The notes under the pieces are model-generated. The model ran no database searches. It was not told the DNA's origin and saw only the letters and a list, made by a program, of their open reading frames with translations. A program made the translations under genes and the position numbers. Shown here in pieces: positions 30,534 to 46,553 of a stretch of 64,000 bases of DNA. Origin of the DNA: Paraspadella gotoi (taxonomy: Eukaryota > Animalia > Chaetognatha); the NCBI GenBank assembly GCA_051294375.1, contig CM119271.1:17075799-17139798 (forward strand), written 5' to 3'. The number at the start of each line of letters is the position of its first letter. Positions within the stretch are counted from its first letter, which is position 1.

Positions 30534-32324
30534 GTTGTTTAAACTATAAGTTTACATAGCATATCATGACATAGAATGAAATGATATGATACGAAATGTC
30601 ATGGCATGTCGTGACATGACACGACATGAAGTGACACGAGTCACAAAGAGTATGACCTCACATCGAAAATTTTTATTAAAACGACGCATAAANNNNNNNN
30701 NNNNNNNNNNNNNNNNNNNNNNNNNNNNNNNNNNNNNNNNNNNNNNNNNNNNNNNNNNNNNNNNNNNNNNNNNNNNNNNNNNNNNNNNNNNNNNNNNNNN
30801 NNNNNNNNNNNNNNNNNNNNNNNNNNNNNNNNNNNNNNNNNNNNNNNNNNNNNNNNNNNNNNNNNNNNNNNNNNNNNNNNNNNNNNNNNNNNNNNNNNNN
30901 NNNNNNNNNNNNNNNNNNNNNNNNNNNNNNNNNNNNNNNNNNNNNNNNNNNNNNNNNNNNNNNNNNNNNNNNNNNNNNNNNNNNNNNNNNNNNNNNNNNN
31001 NNNNNNNNNTTGTTGTTGTTGTTGTTGTCGTCGTTTTCAGAGAACATTCCTTTTTAACGTCGTCGTCGTTGTTATCATCGTCGTCGTAGTCATCCCTAAT
31101 ATTTTTATATCATTCATCTGTCATCTCCTCTCCATTCATCTATCNNNNNNNNNNNNNNNNNNNNNNNNNNNNNNNNNNNNNNNNNNNNNNNNNNNNNNNN
31201 NNNNNNNNNNNNNNNNNNNNNNNNNNNNNNNNNNNNNNNNNNNNNNNNNNNNNNNNNNNNNNNNNNNNNNNNNNNNNNNNNNNNNNNNNNNNNNNNNNNN
31301 NNNNNNNNNNNNNNNNNNNNNNNNNNNNNNNNNNNNNNNNNNNNNNNNNNNNNNNNNNNNNNNNNNNNNNNNNNNNNNNNNNNNNNNNNNNNNNNNNNNN
31401 NNNNNNNNNNNNNNNNNNNNNNNNNNNNNNNNNNNGGGGGGAGTTAAAAAGGAGTAAGGTGGGTGTGGGAGTTTTTGGATCGATTTGTTTTTGTTTTATG
31501 TTGTTTTTGTTGTTGATGTTGTTTTAGTTTGTTCAAAATTAAAAAAAAAACAATTTTGGACTTAGTTGAGTTTCTGACTTTTATTGTTGTTGTTGTTTTT
31601 GTTGTTGACGAATTAATCCCCTCGACGCATCGTTCTTTTTTTTAAATCCAAGATGGCCGCCGCTGATTTTTATGATTTTTACATCTGTTCAAATATATGT
31701 ATCTATATTTTTAGAGTGCAGCCGAAGAGTAATCCGAACGGGAAAAAAAGTATTTTTATTATTTATTATTCGTGTATTGAAAAATATAAAAGGGCGAAGT
31801 AATTCCGTAGAAGCTTTTATTAATTATTTTTTTATTAATTTTCTAGCGAAGAAAACTTACATTAGGTCGCAATAAAATCCACGTTCGTTCTTGTAATAAT
31901 TCTGATTACTGTTTAGTTTGTTGTTTTTTTTTNNNNNNNNNNNNNNNNNNNNNNNNNGAAAGGGGGGGAGGAAAAAATCGATTTAGTAGTAAAAGGAAAA
32001 AAAATTTTTAAAGAGAACTAGAAGTTATAAAAGTGTTCAATTTTGGCCGCCTTACTAGATATTAGGCCTTACTAGATATATTGCATGTGTATTAAACAAT
32101 GTTATCGCGAATAATATTTATCAATTTTATGTATTTTGAGTATTTAAGTATTTTTATTCAGTGAGTAAAAACAACAACTTTTTTATTCGTTAATTTTTAT
32201 CTCGGACTCTCTCTCTTTCTATATCTTTCTCTCTCTCTCTCTCCTCTCTCTTCTCTTCTCTCTCTTTGCAATTGCGACGATCCTTATGCTTTTAGGATTT
32301 TTTTAACTTGTATCATTTTCTGCT

Positions 32325-34202
32325 TCAAGTAAATGTGACTATGTTTTCCATTTAAACTCATTCCTAGCACAATTCCGTCAAAACTTTATATCTAGCTTTT
32401 TCACACCACTTTCCTACCCGCTCACAAAATTTCATCTCAATCTATTATGGGTTAAAATAAGTAAAAAAGATTCAAGTAAATGTGACTCATATTTTTTCAT
32501 TTTAAACTCATTTCCACTCGTACGTTTCCACCGAAACTTTATATCAAGCATCGATACACATTTTTCTACCCACACAAAAAATTTGAACTCAATCTATCCT
32601 TCCAATTATGATTAATTGAAGTACTTATTGGTTAAAATAAGTAAAAAGATTTTAGTAAATGCGACTTATGTTTTTTTTTCCACTTAAACTCATTTCCACT
32701 CACACGATTCCGTCGAAACTTTATATCCAGCTTTATCACACACTTTCCTACCACACACAAAATTTCATTTCAATCCAACCTGCCAATCACGAGTTATTGG
32801 AGCTTTTTGCTAAGGTGGGACGGATGGACGGATTGATTGACTGATTAATTAATTAATGATTAATTAATTGACTAATTGATTAATTAACTGATTAATTATT
32901 TTGACTTATTAATACATCCTGCATATACATTTAATATAAAAGGAAAAAGAAGCATAATCAATTAGTGAAACAGGTTTTTGTTTTTTTCCATTTCAACTCA
33001 TTTCCACTCAAAAGATTCCATCGAAACTTGGTTTCCTGTTCAATCACACACTTTTCTACTCACATACAAAATTCCAGGTCAATCGATAATTAAGTGGTAA
33101 TAAGCTATCTTGGTCAACTTGCATAATTTAATCAACTTGCATAATTTGGTCAACTGACATAATTTGGTTAACTGACATAAATTTGGTCTACTGACATAAT
33201 TTGGTCAACTGACATAATTTTATCAATTAAGATAATTTCGTCAACCGGCATTAATTTGGTTTAACTGGCATAATTTTATCAACTAGCCTAATTTGGTCAA
33301 CAGGCATAATTGGTGGTCAACTTGCAAACTTGATTTAACTTGCAGAATTGGTCAACTGGCATAATTTGGTCAATTAGCATAATTGGTAAATCAATCAATC
33401 AATCAATCAATCAGAGAGAGAGAGAGAGAAACTTTAAAAAATTCAAATAAATGTGTCCTCGTTTTTCTAATTTGAACTCTTTTCCACTCCTACGATTCCA
33501 TCAAAAAATTTTATCCAGCTTTATCACATACTTTCCTACCCACACACAAAATTCAATTTCGATTATCTATCCAATTTTTAATAAACAAAATAATTATGAG
33601 TAAATTTAAGTAAAAATACTTCAAGTAAATATGACTTTTTGTTTTTCCATTTTTAACTCATTTCCACTCGCACGATTCCATCGAAACTTTATATCCGGGC
33701 TCAATCACACACTTTCCTACCATCATACAAAATTTCAAGTCAATTGCACTATCCACTCATGAGGCAATTGGCGTTCAAATAGTGAAATATATTTTTTGTT
33801 TTCCCATTTAAACCAATTTCCACTCGCACGATTCCCTCGAAACTTCATATCCATCTCAATCACACAGTTTCCTACCCACACACAAAATTTCATACCAACC
33901 ATCCATCAATCACGGGTAATTGGAGTTTTTTGCTAAGGTGGGGACGGACGGACGGACGGACGGAGACGGACGGACGGACGGACGGACGGACGGACGGACG
34001 GACGGACGGACGGACGGACGGAACGGACGGACGGACGGACGGACAGACAGACGGACGGACGGACATCATTTTTTTGCATAATTATCATAATTCGATGTTC
34101 TGACATGATTAAGTGTGTGCCCGACAATATTGAGGGGCGGACCGACGGACCGAAAAGTGGAGTTATAGAGTCTCGGGATCTGCTGATAAGCAGATCCGAC
34201 TA
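32325..34202 (-). mobile_element. Long HINE-like element with internal ~150-170-bp tandem repeats, an 18-bp minisatellite and (GGAC)n
   Basis: Minus-strand start TAGTCGGATCTGCTTATCAGCAGATCCCGAGACTCTATAACTCCACTTTTCGGTC. (GGAC)n at 33942-34063. About 7 copies of AACTCATTTCCACTC...GAAACTT...CACACTTTCCTACC...CAAAATT. Confidence 0.7.
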
Positions 34203-34837
34203 AAAACTATCGATTAAACGAAGTAAAGAAAAAATAAAATTTCGGATGAATTTTTTTTCTTTCTTGAAAATTTAAACCTGAAGTCGCAATTTTTTCAATT
34301 TTTCCTTCTTTTTTCTTTTATTTNNNNNNNNNNGTCGTCGTCGTCGTCGTCGTCGTCGTCATGGTCGCTACTTCGTAATTATTACAAATCCCGAATATTT
34401 CTTTCCATTTTCTTTCGTCGTTTATTAAATTTTTCCTTTTTTCTTCTTCGTCGTCGTCATCGTCGTCGTCGTCATTGTTAACATCTTTGTCTTCGTTTTT
34501 GTCTTCCTTTTTGTCTTTCTTTTTTTTCTTCGTTTTTGTCTTTGTCTTTGTCATCGTCGTCGTCGTCATCGTCGTCGTCGTCGTCGTCGTCATCGTCTTC
34601 GTTATCGTCGTCGTCCTCATTTTTGTCGACGTTTTCCACATTCCCCCCCCCCGATTTCTTTTCTTTCTTTTTTCAGATAAAATGTTTCGTATTTCCAGTT
34701 TTTATATTTAGGAAAAAAAATTATTTCCTTTTTTTTCTGATGTAATTTTTTTTTATAAAGATTCAGATTCAAATAAATTTTCGCTTTAAAAAAAAATCGC
34801 ACCTGAGCATCGAGGCTGAATTCAAATTCGAATCGGG

Positions 34838-34890
34838 ATTCTAATCTCGATTCTAATCTCGATTCTAATCTCGATTCTAAACCCGATTTT
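34838..34890. repeat. 12-bp repeat (GATTCTAATCTC)n
   Basis: Direct reading, about 4 copies. Confidence 0.85.
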
Positions 34891-35269
34891 AAACCTATCG
34901 ATTCAAAATTTTATCGTCTACCATATTTTAAATTTAACTTCAAAATAAATTATTTGCTATGTATAAATTAAAATAACATTTATTCGAAAGAAGATGAGAT
35001 TTGACATCATTTGCATTTAGTGATTTACATTATTTTCACAAATTTAAATATCGAAACATTACAATAAAATAGTATTTACCTACCTACAATTAAAGGAAGA
35101 AGTAAATTGAATTAATGTAAAATTACTATTATTATGTATAATTATGTACAATGGTACATAATCTACAATTTTAATGTTTTTAACATTCCGTATCGTAGAA
35201 ATAAAGTAAAAAAGTCTGTCTAGTTTCTCATCGCATCGCATCTCGTCTTATTGTAAAATTTCTTTCCAG

Positions 35270-35345
35270 GTTCGATTCCATCATCAAAGCCATTGGTGCC
35301 AGAAGCAAGAAAACAGCAACGGCGATGACAAAACAATCAGCTTGA
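35270..35345 (+). other. Candidate coding exon (e.g. FDSIIKAIGARSKKTATAMTKQSA*)
   Basis: Strong acceptor TTTCTTTCCAG|G followed by non-repetitive sequence of balanced composition. Frame and gene are unknown. Confidence 0.3.
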
Positions 35346-35497
35346 GCGTCAGCGTGATCATCACAAGAGAAAAAAAGAGCATCTTTTGTGCTGATGGGAG
35401 AGAGAGAGAGACAGAGTGAGAGGGGGCGTGACAGAGACTCTTCTGAGAACGAAAACAGCGGAAGACGAAAACAAACAGAAAAAACAGATTATTATCG

Positions 35498-35595
<98 letters not shown>

Positions 35596-35714
35596 GAATG
35601 GATAGCGACATGGGTCCTAGTCATGTTTTGAGCATCTTCAATTCTTCCCGACGACATTTTGAATCTGTTTTCCATAATCTTTCTTTTTTTTCCCTTGGAG
35701 AAGATTTCTTAAAA

Positions 35715-37937
<2,223 letters not shown>

Positions 37938-37962
37938 NNNNNNNNNNNNNNNNNNNNNNNNN

Positions 37963-38270
37963 AACTTGCATTTTTTCTCTCTTCTCTCTCTCTCTCTCTT
38001 CTCTCTCTCATCTCTCTCGTCTTCTCCTCTCTTCTCTCTCTCTCTCCTCTCTCTCCTCTTCTCTCTCTGCTCTCACAACCAATCATCTGAAAACAGACAA
38101 CAACACAACAACTGATTGCATCAAAAACGACAGCACGAGAGACGACGAACCGACCCCGACCGACGACCGACCGACCCGACCGACCCCATCGCTTTTTAGA
38201 ATTTTTGATCCTCGTCCTCCGATCCTGTCGAAGATGCGAGGAAGCACGAGACCGAGAAGTGTGCGCAAAA
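37963..38270 (+). repeat. Noisy duplicate of 36270-36500
   Basis: CTCACAAC(C)AATCAT...ACAACTGATTGCAT...TCGCTTTTTAGAA is shared. It directly follows a 25-N gap. Confidence 0.8.
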
Positions 38271-38315
38271 GAGATAATAGTTTTTCAATAGCAGACAGAC
38301 GAAATGATACCTATT

Positions 38316-38361
<46 letters not shown>

Positions 38362-38884
38362 TCCTATTTTCTTTTCATCAAATCTTAAATCCATATTTTC
38401 GTTTTAATTTTATCTGCCATTTACCATTTACATCTATTGCCATCTATTGAAATTGGCGGTCCATCTATTGCATCATAACTCTTTTATTTTGGATAAATAT
38501 AATAATAATTTAAAGTTTACATATCTACAGCAATCTAATATTTCATTTGCAAATGGTAGTTAAAATGAAAAAACTGGTTAATGATTGTTATTTGAAAATC
38601 CTAAAAATAACCTTAAATCATTTATAGTTTTTAAAAAAAAGGTGATATCTATTTAAAATATCCTAAACCATACTCGATAAACTAAATATTTAAAGATCAG
38701 CTTCCTTTTTAATTGCCACCTCCGTTGCCAGTCATCAAACAACCAATGCCATTAACGAGCGCCATCTTTTTCATAAAACGCCGTCTACCGGGCAGGAAAA
38801 GAGCGATCGCACATAAAAGCGCCATTAGGACAATTAGTCGAGTTGAATAGTCGAGTCATTAGTTGATTGTTGCCTACGTGCAAA

Positions 38885-39010
38885 CAAAAGACGACGACGA
38901 CAACAATGACGACCACGACGACGACAAAGAAGAAGAAGAAGAAGAAGAAGAAGACGAGAATGAGGAAGGCAATGACGACGACGACGAAGAAGAAGATGAC
39001 GACGACGACG

Positions 39011-39054
<44 letters not shown>

Positions 39055-39142
39055 AACAACGACGACGACGAGATGGAGTAAACACTTCCCTGTCATTTGT
39101 TGTCGTTGTTGTAGTTGTTGTTATTGTCGTTGTTGTTGTTGT
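38885..39142. repeat. Compound (GAC)/(GAA)/(GACAAC)/(TTG) microsatellite
   Basis: Direct reading. Confidence 0.9.
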
Positions 39143-39545
39143 AACGATCTCTCGTTCCAACAATTGATTTTTTTCATTCGCTGCATTTGCGTTGGGTAAG
39201 TTTAAAAGGTAAGTTTAAGATTTTTCCTTTTTTTGGTTTTTTTGTCGATGCACTTTTGTTCAAAAGTTTCTTTAAAACTGGTGCAATATATGTATAATAT
39301 ACATATGTATACATATATATATATACATGTATATGTATACATACATATATACATACATGTATATACATTGTATATATGTATAAGTTATTCATGCATTAAA
39401 CGAACGAACTGTAGTCTATATTATCTCCAATCTTTAGACAGGCTTCGGTGGTTAAAGGAATCCGTTTCTCTTACAAGAAAGTGGAATACAACGACGACGA
39501 CGACGACGACGACGACGACGNNNNNNNNNNNNNNNNNNNNNNNNN

Positions 39546-40290
39546 GACGATATACAACAAACGGACGAGCGAGTGAAAACGACACGACGAAGCGATATAC
39601 AGACAACGACGACGACGATGATGATAACAACGACGAAAGGATGAATCCCTTTTCCTAGTTTACAGAGCACATGTGATTTGGTCGACTTAAAATTTAGAAT
39701 TGAGATCACAGAGTAGGGTCTATCAATCCAGGAATAGTAGTGAGAAAACAAAAAAACGTGACAAAGAACGACGCGATCCGAGAGTAAGAGGGTAGAGAAG
39801 AGGAGAGATGAGAGGAGAAGAAGACGAGAGAGAGAGGAGAGAGTAGGACGACATTGAGAAGGAGGCAGAAAAGTAGATGAGATAGAGTTAATCCCTTTCA
39901 AATAATCCTCTTTTTTTGGCTTTTCGTTCTCGCACGCTGATTAGTCTGGGCTTACGCGAAAGATGATCAATTTTCTTCGTACTGTCGAGGAGATTCGGAC
40001 TGGTCAATCAAGCTGTCTGTGTGTGTCTGATGCAATCAGTTCTGTGTGTCTGTCTGTATCAATCAGTCTGGGTCTGTGTGCCTGTCAAATGCAGTCTGTG
40101 TGTCTGTCAATCAGTCCCTGTGTGTCTGTCTGTCGCATCCAGTCTGTCTGTGTGTTCTGTCAGAATCAGTCTTGTGTGTCTGTCTGTCATCCAGTCTCGG
40201 TCTGGTGTGTCTGTCAATTCAGTCTTCGATTGTCTGTCTGTCAGTCAGTCTGTCTGGTGTGTCGTGTCAATCAGTCTAGTGGTGTCTTGA
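39546..40290 (+). repeat. Noisy duplicate of 50790-51490
   Basis: GATGATAACAACGACGAA..GGATGA(A)TCCCTTTT, GATTTGGTCGACT, GAGATAGAGTTAATCCC and (TCAATCAGTCTGT) repeats are shared. Confidence 0.8.
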
Positions 40291-40677
40291 GTTAAGAGAG
40301 ACAGGAAGTGGTTCGGGAATCCAATGACGAGACCAGGTTCGATATCATAGTCTTGTGAATAAAATATGCTGATTAGATACCGCGCGCAGATCTTTTCGAA
40401 GTTGGAAGGATTTGCTTGTCAGGAACTATGATCAGTGAGCGAATGCGATTAAGTTGAGTGCGCGACTGGGATCGATATTTTGCTAGAAGCTGAGTAGCTT
40501 GCCTGCCAAAGGATCTCCCAAGGAGCTCGTAGACCAAGATGATTAACTAATAGAAGATTTCTTCGTTTAAAACGTGAACTTTTCTTCCGGGACTGAGTCA
40601 GTTCGAGCAGCAAATGAAATGTTCTACTTAAAATATAATTTTTGTTCAAACGTCTACAGCGCATAGAATTATACTAG

Positions 40678-40757
40678 TCGCCATGTGGGTCTAGTGGTTA
40701 GGATTCGGCGGCTTATCAGACGCGCACTGGCGCCGGGTTCGATTCCCGCGCATGGGA
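40678..40757 (+). tRNA. tRNA-Glu gene or pseudogene (anticodon arm unreadable because of indels)
   Basis: GGTCTAGTGGTTAGGATTCGGCG and CCGGGTTCGATTCCCG match the metazoan tRNA-Glu D and T arms. Acceptor stem TC(G)CCATG/CATGGGA. Confidence 0.75.
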
Positions 40758-41709
40758 GCATTTATTTATAAGCATACCTGTTGTTTTACCCTTACATCTA
40801 CTAAGTTTACAAAAACTAATCTAATAATGTTATGCAATGAGTTCTAAACTAGATAGGTATGTATTTAGAATTATTTCTGATGCGGTTCCTTTCCTTCATT
40901 ATCGTTACATCCGATACGTTTTATTAACACAAAAGATAAAAAACTGCAATACTGAACGCAACTTATTTGCAAAACGAAATGTAGCAACAGACTGAAGGTA
41001 TTTTCCCAGTTCATACTCGGGGTGTGTTGAATGGTTAGGACGACGATAAGAAGAGGTCGTCCACTGGATGGGGAAGAGGCTCCAGGTTCCGGCCAGAGCC
41101 GGCTGCGATGCTGTTCCAGCGCTGCAAAGCGTCGATCTGGAGAAAGAGGGAAAGGAAATAAAGAAGAAGCCCATCAGTTAGAGAAAGTACCAGTTTCATC
41201 AATCATTAACAAAGATACAACATACGAGCTATATAGCCTGTTCCTGAACAGCGTCACCGCCCCGCCGTTCACAGCTGTCTGCCAATTGTCCATAGTTCCG
41301 TTTTCGCTCTCCCAAATCCCGCACAGTCCACAACAAGCCTACCGGACGAGAGAGTCGCTTCAAAGTCTCGGGCCTCTTCTCAATCCTCCGTCGCTTTGGC
41401 TGCTCCACTGCTGCGTCTTTCGCCACCCGCGCTGCCATAACGATTCTTCCGTCCGCAGATGCTTTCCTCGTCGAAGCAGTCGCAACGCCCTGCTAGATTC
41501 GGGGGAAAGGGGGGGCGGTGAGAATTTTAAGATTTTCGGCATGCGACGTCAGTTCCGGATTTGGAAATTGTCGTTTTGTTTTTTTTATTCAATGGCAATG
41601 CATAATTTTACTCTAGGATTCCTTAAATAACAAATTGTAATATATTGACATGTCAGTTTTTCTCGTACTTACTATAATTTCTTTACAATTTCTTTACAAT
41701 AATTGAAAT

Positions 41710-41803
41710 TTATTTCCAATTTTTTCTGCCCTTTTATCACTTTATCACTTTATGATAAAAGTGATTAAAAGTGTAAAAGGAGTAAAAATTGGAAAAATAA
41801 AAG
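41710..41803. repeat. Short AT-rich palindrome with TTTATCAC/GTGATAAAA subrepeats
   Basis: TTTATTTCCAATTTTT...CCTTTTATCAC pairs with GTGTAAAAGG...AAAAATTGGAAAAATAAA. Confidence 0.6.
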
Positions 41804-44800
41804 TCCTTATCACTTCTCTTAATTTACGTTTTTAAAAAGGGCACATCTTTAAATTCTTCATTTCTTCCGCAAACCACCGCTATCCTTGTTGGGGGGTCCA
41901 TTCTTCCCTGCAGTCGAGGAGAGGAAGAAGAGCAGCAGAGCAGGCGGCGACGCAGATAACCAGATGACGAGCGGCCATTCACGGACTTCGGTTCTCGCTC
42001 GCGCGCGATCCTCTGATTTCCGCCCAACCGCGCCTTCATCGCCTGCAATTTAAATTTTATACGTAATCATGACAAAAAATAAATGGAGGTTTTGATTAAA
42101 ACATATTTATTTATTTATTTATTTGTTTGGCATACCTTTTTGACATCAGGGAAGACCTATGGAATGGAAGTGACTTTAATATATTTTTTTACCACACGAT
42201 AGCAATTTAGTTTCATCCTTTACATATTTATGTCGCGGCTCGTACTTAAAAGTTAGCTCTCTTAATTTAGGAAATACTTAGGTTTGACCTCCGCTGTTGG
42301 TGACTGTTTAGCAGGTTGGTTTTTTTGCTTATTGGTGATGATGATGATGCTTTTTTTGGCTTTGTGGCTTTTTATTGTCTTTTTTTTTCTTCCTTCTTGT
42401 GATCTTCGTTTCCGTCCTCCTTCCTTTACCTTCTCGTCGATCTCACGAAATTGTTTGTTTAGCACGAAATTAAATAAATAAATAAAAAGATAGATATAGT
42501 AGTAAATAATAAAGACAATGGCTAAGCAAATGATAAGTAGACCCGCTTGATGATAAAAAAATCCGCGGTAGTCGAGCTATCAATCTCGTAATGCATTTGA
42601 TTTGAATTATTTGAAAAATTATTTTTTAAAAATAGATAAACAACATAGAACTGCACTCTTCTTAGGCGAAAGATGACGATAAAATGAGTTCTGCGCTTTT
42701 ACCATCATCATTCGGGCGAACAAAGACAATGAACAGAAGGGCAGAGGACCGCATTTTACTGCCTTTTTTTCAGCTTTCCCGTCGACAGGACAACCCCCCT
42801 TTTTCCGGCGACGGCGTCGACCATTGGAAGGAAAAAGCCTTTCCTTTTCAAAATGCGACTTCATTGACGAGTCCAGGGGGCGCCATCGCGTCGGTGACGA
42901 CAAGAACAACAAATTAGGAAAAGAAAAAAATAAAAATGGAATGGAGACCGGTCCTTCAAGTGATGAATTCCCGACTGTAAGACTGGTTCTTTTTAGCGTC
43001 GGCTTACAGGTTAATTACGGAACGCCATGAGCATGAAAAAATGAAGAGTAGCGAAACAGTTTCTAACCTGAAGAGCGGTACTGATATTTTTCTTGGACGG
43101 TAATGAGGGGTGAGAAATTCATGATGTGGTTTAGTACAAAGAACTAACGGTAACGCCCTAAACAAAAAGCGTCGCAGGAATGCGGGGGTAAGTTGATTTC
43201 GGTCTCGATATGTGATTTGTGAAATGGTGAGTTCCGCTTAGCAATCCGAACTCGGTGATGGAGCTCGGATGTTTCGTTTCAAACAGGAGAGGAATGACGC
43301 GAAGTGAAGAATATAAGAAACAAATTTCCAGTTTGTGAAGAATTTTGAGTGACGATGACTCTTCCGATTTAAGGCTGAGTTCAAACTTCGGATTAGCTGC
43401 TCGACTTTTTTTCAGGTGTTCTGGGAAAAAACCAAACCAAAAAATTTGGACCCCCTTTGGGGCGAAACGAGTCGACCCCGAAGGAAGACGGGAAAAACTG
43501 CAAAGTTAAGGACGAAAGTGGGTGGAGGACTGGGAGAGAAAGGAATAACAGGGTTTTTAGTAATGTTTTATTTTTGGAGTGGGAGGTTTTTCGTTGAATT
43601 GGTTTTGCAGGGGATTGTTTGCAGATTCGCGGGGAGTAAATCACGCAACGAAATCGTTAAGTAAACTGTGAACATCTTAAAAATCAATATATGAACAAAA
43701 ATCTTCCCTTATGTTATGGCGTGATTCGCGCCTCATCCGGTTTTAAAAGTGGCATTTCGTTTAGTTTAAATTCTAGTTTCTCTTATGATTTATAAACAAG
43801 TTTTTTTCTCTTAACAACTGTTTGGGAATTGTTTTATTTTTGAGTTTTTATTTATCATATTTAAAAATTTTATCGAAAGGAATTCGTGAATTCGTGACGG
43901 GTGTCCTCCGTCTTTTGTCAAAACCCAAAAAGAAAGATCGACTTTTTAGCGGGGCATTTTTCTGCGCGGGGTTCGGGGTTCGAACGCCCGGGGTTAAGCG
44001 AGGAAAAGCAGGGAGGACCCAAAGACGAGAGTAGAAAGGATGGGAAAATTGCAGGAAAACTCCTTGCACCCATCTTTAAAATTAACAAAAATACTGCGGT
44101 TTTATTCTTTTTTTCCAATGTGGTTCAGCGGTTAATTTTTTTGGAAAGGTCGTTTAAAAATATTTTTCGATATTTAGGAATAAAAGGAAATTGGGTATAT
44201 AAAAATAAACGTGAAATATAGGGCAAGGTTCCACTAGGGCCTTAGCAAATTTTATAAAGTTTTTTACAGAATTTAGCACTATAGGGTACAAATTAAGTCG
44301 CGCCTATAAGGGCTACTATATTTTTTTTCTAATCTTTGGGTTTTTTGGAAAAAATCGATTCAATAAGTGCTTGGCAAACTTCTTCCAAAATTTGCAAAAA
44401 AAACGGTTTTTTCCCATTAAAAATTATAGGATATCCTTAAAAAATATGAAGTCAGAATCAAAATTTAAGCCTGTGTCAATTTAAAAGAGGCGGAAAAAAA
44501 TACTTCATTTTTACCATATTTTATTTTTAAAAATGCCCAAAAAATACTTTTTGCCCCAAATTATTTGAATGTTTTAAAAAAAACCGAATTCTCGGCATTT
44601 TAAAGTCCAGCATTTTTTTATTTTCCCCTTTAATATACTTTAAAAAAATAATGTAAAATAAGGGGTATAAAACAGACTAAATCCTATAGAGTAACCTCGG
44701 GCTTTCCTATTGCGGGTAAAATAGGGTATTAATTTTTTAATTTGTTGCAGCGAGCTTATGAATTGGTTAAATTCTTGAAAAAAAAGTTTTGCAAAATATT

Positions 44801-46030
44801 TCTTTATTATTTTTTGTCTGTGGTGGCTTACGAATTTTGGAATGTTTATAGCATCTATATTATCTAAACAAAAAACATACGCTTAATTTGAAGGACCTCT
44901 CCCAACGTTTTTTACGAATTTTTCATTATTAACTTATTCGTAAAAATTAACTTTTTTTAAAAAAAAAGGGATTAATTCAATAGTACTTTAATAGGAATAT
45001 TTTTTTAATAATAAAGATAACAAAAATACAGTTCTAGCTTATAAGGCTTTAAACAAATGTTTAAAATAAAATATATAAAATTATAAATAAAATAAATAAA
45101 ACAAGATTATTAACTTTAATTTTATTATAAAAATATTATGATGTTTAATTAAAAACAGGTTAATCTCAAATAAAATAACAGGTATATATTAGGTTGGAGG
45201 TGGCTTTAAATTTCAATCTCATATCCAGCTTTAATAGCAATAATATTTGGTTATTAATTATGGAAAAAAATTTAGCAAAATATATATAAAAGTAGGCTCA
45301 CTCAAATATTTGAATATATATGTTAATAAAAAAATGTTGGTCCAAAATATTAACAAGTATAATGGCATTACTTTTTAATACTTGAATAAAATATATTATT
45401 AATAGTTTTAAAAAAAAATATTTTTTTAATTTTTTTAAATATTTTATAATAAAATTATTATTAATTAAAATAAATTTATTTTATAGCCTTAACAAGTTAG
45501 AACTGCATTAGTATTTAATATATAGAACATATTTGTATCTTAATTTTTATAAAAAATAATCCATTTGAAATTACTAATTGAATAAATCTTTTTTTTTCAA
45601 TTTAAATTTTACTTATAATTCAATAAAGAAAATCTAAAAAGGGTTAGGGAGAGGGGTTTCAGATTAAAGGGGTTTATGCTTTGTAGATAATGTTAGCATA
45701 TAAAGTAGTTTATAGACATTAAATTGGTAAGCATATTCACTATCACTACTAAAATATTTTATAAAAAACTTTAATTAGTATTTAACGCCAAAATCCTGGC
45801 TCCCTGTTAGGATTTTGGCTGGCCCTACTACATTAAGTGCTAAAATGAAAAGAGTATTAGATAATTGCAAACCTATACTAAAACTAAAAGCTATGAATAT
45901 AAAAATACAAAATACATAAAATTAAAAATACAATGATGCAAATAATCGCCTTTCCTTTTTTTCATTGTTTTTTAATATTAAAGAATAGTATTTTTGAAAT
46001 TGTTTATAACGATTTATTTTTATTTAAGAG

Positions 46031-46075
46031 ATGGATCATGTTTCGGGCTTATTGACTTCAAGCCTTCATCACCAT
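46031..46075 (-). ncRNA. Minimal type I hammerhead motif, copy 2 (C3 missing or misread)
   Basis: Minus strand: ATGG TGATGA AGGCTT GAAGTCAAT AAGCCC GAAAC ATGATC CAT, then AATAAAAATAAATCGTT. Confidence 0.6.
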
Positions 46076-46553
46076 TTTTTAATACTGTTCCGTCTGTTAA
46101 ATAAAAATAAACATTGTTTGGTTAAAATTTCCACACTTTGGGCTTTTCCTCGAATATAGAAATTAAAACAAAAGGGAAGGAAAAAAGTTAAAAACGGAAG
46201 CTGATTTAATAGATCCCAAAATAATATAATTAAATCAAACCTCTGCAAAGGCTTTTTAGATAAAAGCATTAATTAAATGTAACGAGAATTGCATTACGGC
46301 AGAAATAACAAAATTTAAATTTTTAAATCAATTTTTTTTATTTGGATGTAAAGAATCAAATAACTGGAAGCAACCTATCTTCATAAATTTTTTTAAACAG
46401 TTTTGATTTGAATATGGGCACTTAGAACGGTTTAAGTAGTGTTATTCCTTTTATTTACTAGCTTCATTAACTACTGAATTGGCGTTTTTTAATTGTGGAT
46501 GCTATTAAAATCAGTCAGTTTTTAACTTTTTTTCCTCCTTTTTTTTTTTTATA

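Noticed and set aside
31647-31662. YY1-like CAAGATGGCCGCC as a promoter
   Set aside because: An isolated motif with no other promoter evidence. It is also common inside repeats.
38863-39081. Acidic D/E-rich protein
   Set aside because: Compound trinucleotide microsatellite, open in several frames.
43068-43110. CTGAAGAG as a further hammerhead core
   Set aside because: No stem II followed by GAAA at a suitable distance.
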